A stretch of 64,000 bases of DNA from an uncultured Hyphomicrobiales bacterium (GTDB lineage Bacteria > Bacteroidota > Ignavibacteria > Kapaibacteriales > UBA2268). Numbering within the stretch: position 1 is the stretch's first letter; every line of letters starts with the position of its first letter. The notes under the pieces were generated by a model. The model did not search any database and was not told where the DNA came from. It was given only the letters and a program-made list of their open reading frames with translations. Positions 52,707-61,917 of this stretch are shown here, piece by piece. The stretch is taken from positions 16,200-80,199 of the forward strand of contig CAZSWR010000004.1 in the NCBI GenBank assembly GCA_964610885.1, written 5' to 3'. The position numbers were made by a program, and so were the translations under genes.

Positions 52707-54080
52707 ATGTTTTCAACCGTTAAGAGAATTCACTTCGTTGGAATCGGTGGAATCGGCATGAGCGGTATCGCCGAAATCCTCATCAACCAAGGCTTCGAGG
52801 TGAGCGGATCCGATTTGGCCGCTTCGGAAAACACAGAATACCTTGTGCGCTGCGGTGCAAAAGTTTTCATCGGACACGAAGAAAAAAATATAGATAATGC
52901 CGAAGTTGTTGTTTATTCGAGCGCAGTGCGGCCCGAAGCCAATCCCGAAACTGCGGCCGCAATGCGATTGGGCATACCCGTCATGCGCCGCGCCGAAATG
53001 CTGGCAGAGGTTTCTCGTTTGAATTACTGCTTGGCCATTTCCGGCACTCACGGGAAAACCACTACCACGTCCATGCTCGGGCTTGCGATGATCAAAGCCG
53101 GTATCGACCCGACGGTTATCGTTGGCGGGCGCTTGCGCGGACTGGGCGGCTCGAATGCGCGGCTCGGAAATGGCGAATGGACCGTCGTCGAGGCCGACGA
53201 ATACGACCGCTCGTTCCTTCAATTGTTCCCGACCATCGCCATCGTAAACAATATTGATGCCGAACACTTGGATATCTACAAAGATTTCGACGACCTGAAG
53301 GAAACCTTTACCACTTTCGCTAACAAAGTGCCTTTCTATGGGTTCGTTGCCGTGAACCTGGACGACGACGGAAACAAGGAAATACTTGCAGATATATCGA
53401 AAAAAGTAATCACTTATGGCCTGTCGCGCCACGCCGACATTCGCGCAGACCATATTACGTATAACGAACGATGCTCCAAATGCACAGTTTACGAGCGCGG
53501 CAAAGAGCTCGGGATCATGACCGTGAACATCCCGGGCGTCCACAACGTCAGGAATGCACTCGGCGCCGTTACGGTTATGCGCCAGTTAGGTGTCGATTTC
53601 AAGGTTATTGCCGAGGCCATCGAAGAATTTGCCGGCGTGTATCGCCGCTTCGAGTTCAAAGGCGAAAAGGACGGCGTCCTCTTCGTGGACGATTATGCCC
53701 ACCACCCGACCGAGATCCGCGCCACTCTATCCGCCGCCGCGAACGGATGGGACAGACGGATTATCTGCATATTCCAACCCCACACCTACACCCGGACGCG
53801 CGACTTCGCAAGGGATTTCGGACGTAGCTTCGACGATGCCGATTGCCTCGTGGTTACCGACGTCTATCCCGCCCGCGAAAAGCCTATCGAAGGCATTACG
53901 GGCAAAATCATCGCCGACGAAGCCATTAAATCGGGCCACAAGAACGTGGTCTATATCGAGAACAAAGACATGCTCTTCACCGAGGCCTCGAAAATTATCA
54001 AAGAAGGCGATATGGTGATCACGATGGGCGCGGGCGACATCTGGAAACTCGGCGAAATGTTCGTCCCAAAGAAATCGTAA
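52707..54080 (+). CDS. murC: UDP-N-acetylmuramate--L-alanine ligase
   Basis: 457 aa with IHFVGIGGIGMSGIAE and the P-loop ISGTHGKTTTTSM. Confidence 0.9.
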   Translation: MFSTVKRIHFVGIGGIGMSGIAEILINQGFEVSGSDLAASENTEYLVRCGAKVFIGHEEKNIDNAEVVVYSSAVRPEANPETAAAMRLGIPVMRRAEMLAEVSRLNYCLAISGTHGKTTTTSMLGLAMIKAGIDPTVIVGGRLRGLGGSNARLGNGEWTVVEADEYDRSFLQLFPTIAIVNNIDAEHLDIYKDFDDLKETFTTFANKVPFYGFVAVNLDDDGNKEILADISKKVITYGLSRHADIRADHITYNERCSKCTVYERGKELGIMTVNIPGVHNVRNALGAVTVMRQLGVDFKVIAEAIEEFAGVYRRFEFKGEKDGVLFVDDYAHHPTEIRATLSAAANGWDRRIICIFQPHTYTRTRDFARDFGRSFDDADCLVVTDVYPAREKPIEGITGKIIADEAIKSGHKNVVYIENKDMLFTEASKIIKEGDMVITMGAGDIWKLGEMFVPKKS

Positions 54081-54156
54081 GTGGCGTAGGAAACAACAAT
54101 AAGATTCTATATCGTATAGATAGGTCGATCTATTTGAATTTTAAACCTCCCCTTTT

Positions 54157-54287
54157 GGAGCTTTCTCAAAAGTCCGAAAAAAGCTTCTTGTCATGTTGAA
54201 CGAAGTGAAACATCCATATTTTCCAATGACTAATGAATAACAATGGATTCTTCACTTCGTTCAGAATGACACTCGTGAGATAGCCCC
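54157..54287 (+). repeat. Long-hairpin intergenic repeat, family 1, copy 2
   Basis: GGAGCTTTCTCAAAAGTCCGAAAAAAGCTTCTTGTCATGTTGAACGAAGTGAAACATCCAT ... ATGGATTCTTCACTTCGTTCAGAATGACACTCGTGAGATAGCCCC is colinear with copies 1 and 3. Confidence 0.85.
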
Positions 54288-54376
54288 AAAGTAACTATTC
54301 GCGATGCAATTGGTTTCAGGGGTGGTTTGAAATCTATTAAATTCAGCTGCTGAAATTTTCGGGGAGAGTAATTTAA

Positions 54377-55024
54377 ATGATTAACACTATTGACTGGGGA
54401 CTCGTCGAATACCGCGAGGCGTGGGACAGGCAAAAGCAATTGGCAGCAATCGCCACCGAGCGCCGCGGCACGAACACTCTCGTGCTGTGCGAGCATCCGG
54501 CCGTCATCACGGTCGGCCGCTCGGGCAGTGGATCGAACATCGTCGCCCCTGAAGCAATGCTGAGGGCAAACGGCGTCGATACCGTCTTCAATGACCGTGG
54601 CGGAGACGTAACGCTGCACAATCCCGGACAATTGGTTGGATATCCAATATTCGACCTGGCTTCGATGCGGACGGACCTGCATTGGTTCCTTCGCGAAATC
54701 GAGGAGTGCATTATCGAAACGATTGCCGAGTATGGCATTCGCGGCGGCCGAGTGGACGGGTTGACAGGCGTCTGGGTGGAATCCTCCAGGAAAATTTGCG
54801 CAATGGGACTGCACTGCTCCCGCTGGATCACTTCGCACGGCTTCGCGCTCAATGCGAATAACAATCTCGATGAGTTCGGGTTTATTGTACCATGCGGAAT
54901 CGCCGACAAGGGAGTTACTTCGATCGAAAAGGAGACAGGAAGGAAAATCGATATGGCAGAGCTGAAACGAATTGTGCAAGTAAAATTTCAAAACCGATTC
55001 GGCGGGTTCGATTGTGCATCCTAA
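54377..55024 (+). CDS. lipB: Lipoyl(octanoyl) transferase
   Basis: 215 aa with EHPAVITVGR, RGGDVTLHNPGQLVGYPI and KICAMGLH. Confidence 0.9.
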   Translation: MINTIDWGLVEYREAWDRQKQLAAIATERRGTNTLVLCEHPAVITVGRSGSGSNIVAPEAMLRANGVDTVFNDRGGDVTLHNPGQLVGYPIFDLASMRTDLHWFLREIEECIIETIAEYGIRGGRVDGLTGVWVESSRKICAMGLHCSRWITSHGFALNANNNLDEFGFIVPCGIADKGVTSIEKETGRKIDMAELKRIVQVKFQNRFGGFDCAS

Positions 55025-55538
55025 GAAGGCGCAAATATCGCTCCTGCCGGCTTTCTTGGCGGCCGTAATCCTGATCGCTGCGTTCGGCGGAGCGTGCAAT
55101 CCTTTCGCGCCGGGCCTTTCGGACGTGGCCGTCGAAAACGAAATACTGAAAGACCAGCGCTACGTCTCCGGCGTTTTCGACAATTTCCGCTATGCATACA
55201 AGAACAAGGACACCTCGGTTTATGGCAATCTTCTGTCCGACGACTTCACGTTCACTTACTACGACAATGGGCTGCCGCTTTCGTGGGGGCGCGAGCAAGA
55301 CATGCGCTCGACGTTCGGCATGTTCCAGGCGGCGCAGTCTTTGGACGTCATTTGGGACGATGTTTACAAAGAGTTCGGCGATACCTTGGTCAAGGACATC
55401 ACTCGCGGCTTCTATTTGAATATTGTTTTCACACCGACGGACGTTATATATTTGAACGGCAGGGCCACATTTCGGCTACGGCGCGCCAGCACCGCAGAAA
55501 TCTGGAAGATCTCCCAATGGTGGGACGAGCAGGGGTAG
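55014..55538 (+). CDS. Hypothetical lipoprotein
   Basis: 174 aa starting at GTG and overlapping the lipB end by 11 nt. The signal peptide plus a lipobox-like sequence reads LIAAFGGAC. I recognise no family. Confidence 0.55.
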   Translation: MHPKKAQISLLPAFLAAVILIAAFGGACNPFAPGLSDVAVENEILKDQRYVSGVFDNFRYAYKNKDTSVYGNLLSDDFTFTYYDNGLPLSWGREQDMRSTFGMFQAAQSLDVIWDDVYKEFGDTLVKDITRGFYLNIVFTPTDVIYLNGRATFRLRRASTAEIWKISQWWDEQG

Positions 55539-55546
55539 GGGCGTGA

Positions 55547-56530
55547 TCAATAAGCACCAAGAAATTTGTGCCCATTGAAATGGACAAGATGGTCAGGATT
55601 ATCAGCTATCCAAACCTCAGTTTCCCATGCAATATCAATAATCCATTTTTTGAATTCGGTTTTGGTCAAAAAAGCTGTTACGAAAATCAGTTCTGCCGAG
55701 CATTCCTTCAAAAGTTTCTTTAATTCAAAAACTCTTATTTCGCTCATTGGCCCAGAGGTATGAACTGCCTCGATCAAATACAGCCAATTCTTTTTCCGGC
55801 TATAGGCAATAATATCAGGCAACTCTTCGTGGGATAGTTCAAAGAAGCCAATTTGGGATAGCTTCTTTTCTTCTATGTGAAGCATTTTTTTCGATGTATC
55901 ACCTATATAAAACACTTCGCAATCACTGCCAAATCGAGGAAGGAATTGCTCGATAATTTGCTTTTGTAATTGATTATGCTCTCCGGTTGATAATTCTAAA
56001 GCCTTTCCATCTGGTAGCTTTATTGGTATTTTTTCGATTTCTCGTTTCCGAGATAATTGCTCGGAAAGCGAAGGCCTATTCAGGTTGAATTTCGCCAATT
56101 CATCTGACCAACTGTTTGTATTATAGCTAATTATTAGGTTCCTGAAATCAGGATGAATTGAATAACCTCTTGTTGGGTCATTCGTTGCCGAACTATGTTT
56201 GTCGCCGCTATTAATTACGATGTCGGCAACGACAAGTAGTTTCAAATCGTTTCGCCTAATATTATCGTAGGAGCCTGTTGATATGTTTTCTTCGAAGTGC
56301 AGATTCACAAAATTGATAATATCTCTTGTTTTAAGATACTTATGAGACGTTGCACTTTTCCAATCAGAAGTAACCCCAGCTACTGCCAAAAAGCAAACCG
56401 CCATTCGCTCCTGTCCTCTTTCTGTCTTTGAGCCTACTGGAATGCCAACGCTTTCCAATATATCAAGAGCTTGATTAATTAGTTTTCTGATCGGTTCTGA
56501 TTTTTTGCTTTTCGTGATGTAGTTTTTCAT
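55547..56530 (-). CDS. Type II restriction endonuclease (BsuBI/PstI-like by C-terminal motifs)
   Basis: 327 aa immediately downstream of the MTase (1-nt gap). The C-terminal part (NWLYLIEAVHTSGPMS ... DIAWETEVWIADNPDHLVHFNGHKFLGAY) resembles my recollection of the BsuBI/PstI ENase family. The gene is AT-rich relative to its flanks. Confidence 0.65.
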   Translation of the reverse strand: MKNYITKSKKSEPIRKLINQALDILESVGIPVGSKTERGQERMAVCFLAVAGVTSDWKSATSHKYLKTRDIINFVNLHFEENISTGSYDNIRRNDLKLLVVADIVINSGDKHSSATNDPTRGYSIHPDFRNLIISYNTNSWSDELAKFNLNRPSLSEQLSRKREIEKIPIKLPDGKALELSTGEHNQLQKQIIEQFLPRFGSDCEVFYIGDTSKKMLHIEEKKLSQIGFFELSHEELPDIIAYSRKKNWLYLIEAVHTSGPMSEIRVFELKKLLKECSAELIFVTAFLTKTEFKKWIIDIAWETEVWIADNPDHLVHFNGHKFLGAY

Positions 56531-56531
56531 A

Positions 56532-57548
56532 TCAAAACAGAGTTGGTACTATATTAGCAATCATTTTGCTTTCAATTACTTCGTCAATAGTATATAATTC
56601 GTCCATATTGTAACACTCTTTAATAGCAACAGCTAAATGATATGCCAAAAGCGGAGGAACTGCATTTCCAATTTGATAAAACTGTTGAGTCTCATTTCCG
56701 ACAAACTCGAACCAATCTGGAAAAGTTTGTAACCTTGCAGCTTCTCTATGCAATATCCTTCTTCTGCGGCCATCTTTTAGCCGAACCCGATGCATATCCC
56801 CAGTTGCCCCGGCAAGGTTTCTACAGGTTAGAGTACGTGCTGGCCTGTCTGCATACAAATCCCGAGGATTAATGCAAGATGAAGCCTTTTCATAATTAGC
56901 AATATAAGCATCCATGGATTCTGTAAGGAACTTGCTTTCCGGAGGAACAGTGTGCATCAAATCTCCAATAGCCTCGCCCACCGAAACCTTCTGATGGCAT
57001 GGTTTCGGAAAAGCAAACTTTGCTCTGTGCCCGATAACGAACAGACGTTCTCTGTTTTGTGGAACCCCAAAATTTACTGCATTCAAGAGCTTATAATCAA
57101 TTATGTATCCAAGTTTATTGAGTTCTTCAATAATTAACTCGAAATACCATTTATTTGAATACAAAAGTCCTCGGACATTTTCGAACATAAAGACTTTGGG
57201 CCGAAGCTTTTTTACAGCATCAATAAAGATCGGAAAACCATCGCGAGAATCTTTAATGCCTTTCTGGCAACCACCTACACTAAATGGTTGGCAAGGAGGG
57301 CCTCCAATTAAAATTTCTGCATATGGATAATCAAAATCCAGGTCTAATTCTATTGCATGGCAATTACTACCAAGATTATTTTGATAGGTAGCTGAAGCAG
57401 CTTTATCTTTTTCAAAACCAATGGTTTTATAACCAGCTGCCTCAAATCCCAAAGACAATCCACCACAACCAGCAAACAAGTCAAGTACAACTTCTTTTTC
57501 TGTTGTATTCGGTCTTAGGAGACTGTTTATCTTTGTTACAAAATCCAT
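56532..57548 (-). CDS. DNA (cytosine-5)-methyltransferase
   Basis: 338 aa with C5-MTase motif I (DLFAGCGGLSLGF), motif IV (GGPPCQPFS), motif VI (ENVRGL), motif VIII (QNRERLF) and motif X (GNAVPP). Confidence 0.9.
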   Translation of the reverse strand: MDFVTKINSLLRPNTTEKEVVLDLFAGCGGLSLGFEAAGYKTIGFEKDKAASATYQNNLGSNCHAIELDLDFDYPYAEILIGGPPCQPFSVGGCQKGIKDSRDGFPIFIDAVKKLRPKVFMFENVRGLLYSNKWYFELIIEELNKLGYIIDYKLLNAVNFGVPQNRERLFVIGHRAKFAFPKPCHQKVSVGEAIGDLMHTVPPESKFLTESMDAYIANYEKASSCINPRDLYADRPARTLTCRNLAGATGDMHRVRLKDGRRRRILHREAARLQTFPDWFEFVGNETQQFYQIGNAVPPLLAYHLAVAIKECYNMDELYTIDEVIESKMIANIVPTLF

Positions 57549-57646
57549 TCTTTTATTTTCGATTGTGATATTGTTAACGACTCAATAATTTTTCTGTATC
57601 ATACTATTCCAAATAAGATTAGTATATGATTCAGTCCTTCCCCCCA

Positions 57647-58315
57647 TCACTTAATCAGCTTCTCGGCCATTTCCACAATCATTTGCGATTGCTGCTCGAT
57701 CGTGATGTTCGATGTATCTATTTCGATTGCGTCGGAAGCCTTCAGGAGCGGGCTGATCTGGCGTGAGCTGTCGTAGCGGTCGCGTTCGCCGATCTGCGCC
57801 ATGGTCTCCTGCCAATCGGCTTCGATTCCTTTCGAGGCCAGTTCGGCTGTGCGGCGTTTCGCGCGAGCCTCGATCGATGCCACGAGGAAGACTTTCAGTT
57901 CGGCTTGCGGGAAAACGTGCGACCCGATATCGCGCCCGTCCATGACGACGCCTCCGCGCTTGCCGTATTCCCTCTGCATGGCCACCAATGCCTCGCGGAC
58001 GCATCCGACGGCGCTCACGGGCGACACCTTGGCCGTAACCTCCGGCAGGCGTATCGCTTCGCTGACGTCTTCGCCGTTGAGAATGGTTTTCTGACCGTTA
58101 TCCGAAGGTTCCAGCTCGATCGTCAGCCCGTTCATCACCTTGCAGATCTCTTCGTCCGTGAGGGCGATGCCACGGCGCAGGCACTCGAGCGTAACGGCCC
58201 GATACATGGCGCCGGTATCGATATAGATATATCCGAGCCTTTCGGCAACGATTTTGGCGGTAGTTGTTTTGCCTGACCCGGCAGGCCCGTCGATTGCTAT
58301 GATAATTTTTTTCAT
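57647..58315 (-). CDS. cmk: Cytidylate kinase
   Basis: The start is at ATG 58315 (MKKIIIAIDGPAGSGKTTTAKIVAERLGYIYIDTGAMYRA). Confidence 0.9.
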   Translation of the reverse strand: MKKIIIAIDGPAGSGKTTTAKIVAERLGYIYIDTGAMYRAVTLECLRRGIALTDEEICKVMNGLTIELEPSDNGQKTILNGEDVSEAIRLPEVTAKVSPVSAVGCVREALVAMQREYGKRGGVVMDGRDIGSHVFPQAELKVFLVASIEARAKRRTAELASKGIEADWQETMAQIGERDRYDSSRQISPLLKASDAIEIDTSNITIEQQSQMIVEMAEKLIK

Positions 58316-58415
58316 TTTCAAAGGAGTTAATTTAATTTTTATTGATAATTTTGTTTTTTTCAAGCCTTGCATTTTTGGCTTAGGCTTTTTGCAAAATTAC
58401 GAAAAAAGAGGAAAT

Positions 58416-59756
58416 ATGAACTACACAATTATCGGAGCAGCGCGCAGCGGCATGGCTGCTGCCCGATTAGCCAAAAAGCTCGGAGAGGACGTGTTCCTGA
58501 CGGAATTCAAACCGGAAAGCGATTACCACGACTCCGCCGAAGAATTGAAAAAATTGGGCGTGCAGTGCGAATTTGGGGGAAATACAGAGCGCGCGCTCGA
58601 AGCCGATTGCATTATCACGTCGCCGGGCGTGTTGCCGTCCACGTGGATTCTCTCCGAAGCCGACAAACGAGGCATCAAGGTCATCAGCGAACTCGAATTC
58701 GGATCGAAATTCATCAAGAATCCTATCATTGCAATCACCGGAACCAATGGTAAAACCACAACCACAACCCTTACGGCATACATGCTGAACAAGGGCGGGC
58801 GCCACGCCGTAACCGCCGGAAACATCGGCACGCCGATCTGCGACCTCGTGGGCGGGACCGACGAAAGCACGGTCGTAGTGGCCGAAGTGAGCAGTTTCCA
58901 GCTGGACCGCGCCGATAGTTTCGCGCCCCAAGTGGCAATGATTCTGAACATTACGCCGGACCACCTGTACTACCACGGCACGATGGATAATTATTCTTTG
59001 GCAAAGTGGAAAATTTCTTCGCGGCAGTCTCAAAAAGATTTGTTAATTTTGAACGCGGACGATGACGGCATTTCGAAATCCATTCGTCCGGCCAACGCAC
59101 AAATTGCTTGGTTCTCTATGTCGCCCTTGGGGGAAAACGTAAATCGGGGGATTTACAATAAGGGTGGCAAAATGATTCTCAGATTGCAGTGTAAAGAGGA
59201 GGAAATAATGCTATTCGACGAGATCCGCTTGCCGGGTGTCCATAATGCCTACAATTCCATGGCTGCCGTTTTGGCCGTTCGCGCATTCGAGATTCGCAAT
59301 GAAAACATTCGCGACAGCCTTGTGGCGTTCGAAGGCGTGGAACACCGCTTGGAATTCGTTAGGACTCTCGACGGAGTGGACTACGTCAACGATTCCAAAG
59401 CAACCAACGTCAACGCCACTTGGTACGCCCTTTCCAGCTACAAACAGCCTATCGTATGGATCGCCGGCGGGCGCGGGGACAACAACGACTATTCCCAACT
59501 CGATTCGCTCGTAAAGAAAAACGTTAAGTGCATCGTGGCGATGGGCGAAGAGGCCGACGCCATCTTCAACCATTTCTCGTCGATGGTCCGCTGCATCAAG
59601 GTCCACTCGATGGAAGACGCCGTCGATAGCGCCCGCGTCAATGCCGAACCCGGCGACGTCGCGCTCTTCACTCCTGCCTGCAAATCATTCGATATGTTTA
59701 TGAACTACGAACACCGCGGCGAGGTCTTCAAAGAGGTCGTGAACGATTTGATATAA
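58416..59756 (+). CDS. murD: UDP-N-acetylmuramoylalanine--D-glutamate ligase
   Basis: The start is at ATG 58416 (MNYTIIGAARSGMAAARL), which removes an extension that would overlap cmk. The P-loop is ITGTNGKTTTTTL and the Mur ligase C-domain includes DDSKATN. Confidence 0.9.
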   Translation: MNYTIIGAARSGMAAARLAKKLGEDVFLTEFKPESDYHDSAEELKKLGVQCEFGGNTERALEADCIITSPGVLPSTWILSEADKRGIKVISELEFGSKFIKNPIIAITGTNGKTTTTTLTAYMLNKGGRHAVTAGNIGTPICDLVGGTDESTVVVAEVSSFQLDRADSFAPQVAMILNITPDHLYYHGTMDNYSLAKWKISSRQSQKDLLILNADDDGISKSIRPANAQIAWFSMSPLGENVNRGIYNKGGKMILRLQCKEEEIMLFDEIRLPGVHNAYNSMAAVLAVRAFEIRNENIRDSLVAFEGVEHRLEFVRTLDGVDYVNDSKATNVNATWYALSSYKQPIVWIAGGRGDNNDYSQLDSLVKKNVKCIVAMGEEADAIFNHFSSMVRCIKVHSMEDAVDSARVNAEPGDVALFTPACKSFDMFMNYEHRGEVFKEVVNDLI

Positions 59757-59787
59757 TACAAATGGCATAGAAATCATTCTTTTTGCG

Positions 59788-59825
59788 TTCCGCAGGCTCC
59801 ATCTCGGTCTGCGGTTCGTTTTTTA
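59788..59825 (+). terminator. Probable rho-independent terminator after murD
   Basis: A CCGCAG / CTGCGG stem with a 13-nt loop is followed by TTCGTTTTTT. Confidence 0.55.
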
Positions 59826-59867
59826 GTTAAATCACAATTTCTTCCCATCGGAAAACTATTGGCCAAT

Positions 59868-60455
59868 ATGGAAAGAATAATCCTCAAAATACTATTCGGT
59901 TCGGCAATTCCCATCGTTTCGACGCTTGCGTTTTGGTGGGGAATGCTACTGTTTTCCGCGGACGAAACCATCATTTTAATTTCGTCCATTGTCGGACTTG
60001 CTGGCGGGATTGCCTTCGAGCTGCTGCGCGGGCTGACGAAGCGATTCGACGTCTATTCGATGCCCATTGGAATCGCCATCGCAGTTGTTATTTTCTATTG
60101 CTTGGGCATGTTTGGATTCTTTATGGGAGTGCCGGTTTTCCACCTGATTTTGGGCGGGGCCTCGGGGTACTATTGCGCTCGCAGGCGAATGGAGTCCGAA
60201 CCGAGCGCAATGCAACCATCACTGAAGTCCATCGCAACTGTTTCGGCGGCGGCAATGGCGTGCATTTGTTTCGCATCGGCCTGTTTTACCCTATCGAGCG
60301 ATTCCACCCCGTTCGACCTGCGGAATATGCTGCACCTACAATTCAATATTTCCATTCCGATGCTGTGGGGCATAATCGTCTCCGGCGGCATCGCTTTAAT
60401 TGCCATGCAATACTACATAACAAAATTTGTATATAATAAAACACTCTCCGAATAA
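59868..60455 (+). CDS. Hypothetical polytopic membrane protein
   Basis: About 195 aa from ATG 59868 with 5-6 predicted TM helices. The stop lies 3 nt before the ftsW start. I recognise no family. Confidence 0.6.
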   Translation: MERIILKILFGSAIPIVSTLAFWWGMLLFSADETIILISSIVGLAGGIAFELLRGLTKRFDVYSMPIGIAIAVVIFYCLGMFGFFMGVPVFHLILGGASGYYCARRRMESEPSAMQPSLKSIATVSAAAMACICFASACFTLSSDSTPFDLRNMLHLQFNISIPMLWGIIVSGGIALIAMQYYITKFVYNKTLSE

Positions 60456-60458
60456 TAC

Positions 60459-61604
60459 ATGAAAAAACTCAAAGGCCATATTGACTGGTATATACTGATT
60501 CCCGTTGTGGCGCTGATGCTGTTCTCGATTGCATTTGTTTACAGCGCCAGCGCGACCATCGCCGAGGTGCGTTTCGGCTCCAGCGAAAAATTCCTTATGA
60601 ACCATTTGGTGCGCGTGCTTCTGGCTTTCGTCGCAATTTTCGTCTGCATGAAGATCGATTACCACCGCTGGCAACGGTTTTCCTTCCCGATAATAATACT
60701 GGCGTTCATCTCGCTGATTGCCGTGTTCGTCGTCGGCACAAAGATCAACAATGCCTACCGCTGGCTGTACATTGGCCCGCTTAATTTCCAACCATCCGAG
60801 TTGGCGAAATTCGCATTAGTGTTGCACATTTCTTCGCTGCTTGCGGCGCGCCAGGAGCTGATCAAAGACTTCAAACTCGGCCTGATGCCAATACTGTTAT
60901 GGATCGTCTCGGCCTGCGCTTTGATCGCGCTGCAACCGAATTTTTCGACGGCCACATTGATTTTCGTCATCACGCTCATGCTTCTGTTCATCGGCAATAC
61001 TAATGCTTGGCATTTGGTACTGCTTTCCTTGGGCACGATTTTCATTGGTTTGGCCTATGCAATGATGGCGCCATACCGCCGCTACCGTATCTTTTCATTC
61101 TTCGGTATCGACTCTCCCCTATCGGCAAGCGCCAGCGCCGACCCGGAGAACTACCAGGCGCAACAAGCAGTTTTGGCCTTTGGCAACGGGGGCATTTTCG
61201 GCGTTGGGCCGGGCGAAAGCCGCCAGAGCCACCTCTTTTTGCCTGAATCGTTCGGAGACTTCATTTTCTCAATTATCGGAGAGGAATACGGATTGGTCGG
61301 CACGACCATTATCATCTTGGTATTCGCATTCATACTTTTCCGCGGCCTAAAAATCGCGAGGAACGCTCCGGACCTGTTCGGGTATTTCCTCTCGAGCGGC
61401 ATAATCATTACCATCTCTTTGTACGCATTCGTCAGCGCAGCCGTGAATTGCGGCCTGTTGCCCACGACGGGGCTTCCGATGCCATTCGTGAGCTATGGAG
61501 GCACGGCAGTTATTTTCTATGGAGTGGCGATTGGCATCCTACTCAATATTTCGGCTCAGTCCGGCGTCTTCCCGAGGAAGGAACTTAACAATGAAGATGC
61601 TTGA
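60459..61604 (+). CDS. ftsW: FtsW/RodA/SpoVE-family peptidoglycan glycosyltransferase (FtsW by context)
   Basis: 381 aa and polytopic, with NFQPSELAKFALVL, SFGDFIFSIIGEEYGLVG and LPTTGLPMPFVSYGGTA. Confidence 0.85.
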   Translation: MKKLKGHIDWYILIPVVALMLFSIAFVYSASATIAEVRFGSSEKFLMNHLVRVLLAFVAIFVCMKIDYHRWQRFSFPIIILAFISLIAVFVVGTKINNAYRWLYIGPLNFQPSELAKFALVLHISSLLAARQELIKDFKLGLMPILLWIVSACALIALQPNFSTATLIFVITLMLLFIGNTNAWHLVLLSLGTIFIGLAYAMMAPYRRYRIFSFFGIDSPLSASASADPENYQAQQAVLAFGNGGIFGVGPGESRQSHLFLPESFGDFIFSIIGEEYGLVGTTIIILVFAFILFRGLKIARNAPDLFGYFLSSGIIITISLYAFVSAAVNCGLLPTTGLPMPFVSYGGTAVIFYGVAIGILLNISAQSGVFPRKELNNEDA

Positions 61605-61685
61605 AGCAAGCCAATCGGTTATATTTAATAGTTCCATATCATTTTATGCGTGTCGAGTTATTTGAATAAAAACCTACCCGTTAAT

Positions 61686-61817
61686 GGGACTGTCTCAAAA
61701 GCCTGAAAAACTGTTTTTTGTCATATTGAACGAAGTTAAATATCCATTATTAGCAAGGACTTATGAATGACAATGGATTCTTCACTTCGTTCAGAATGAC
61801 GCTTCTGAGACAGTCCC
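61686..61817 (+). repeat. Long-hairpin intergenic repeat, family 1, copy 3
   Basis: GGGACTGTCTCA ... TGAGACAGTCCC form perfect 12-bp outer arms. The inner arms are GTCATATTGAACGAAGTTAAATATCCATT and AATGGATTCTTCACTTCGTTCAGAATGAC. Confidence 0.85.
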
Positions 61818-61917
61818 ATGAAAAATCCTTTGCGTACCAAGCGTTATGGTGTTTATTTCTTTGAACCTTTAGTCACCAATAAAGTAATACTTTCAAACTA
61901 ACCACTTTGAGGATCCG

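Noticed and set aside
54230-55099. 289-aa minus-strand ORF covering the whole lipB locus
   Set aside because: It is antisense to an ORF with clear LipB motifs (RGGDVTLHNPGQ, KICAMG). Its own sequence has no recognisable family and is Arg/Ala/Ser-rich, as antisense shadows usually are. Its C-terminus (HSERSEESIVIH) is simply a translation of repeat family 1.
58254-58415. N-terminal extension of murD that overlaps cmk on the opposite strand
   Set aside because: MNYTIIGAARSGMAAA at 58416 matches the canonical MurD Rossmann N-terminus and follows a purine-rich stretch. The extension overlaps the cmk P-loop coding region in antisense.
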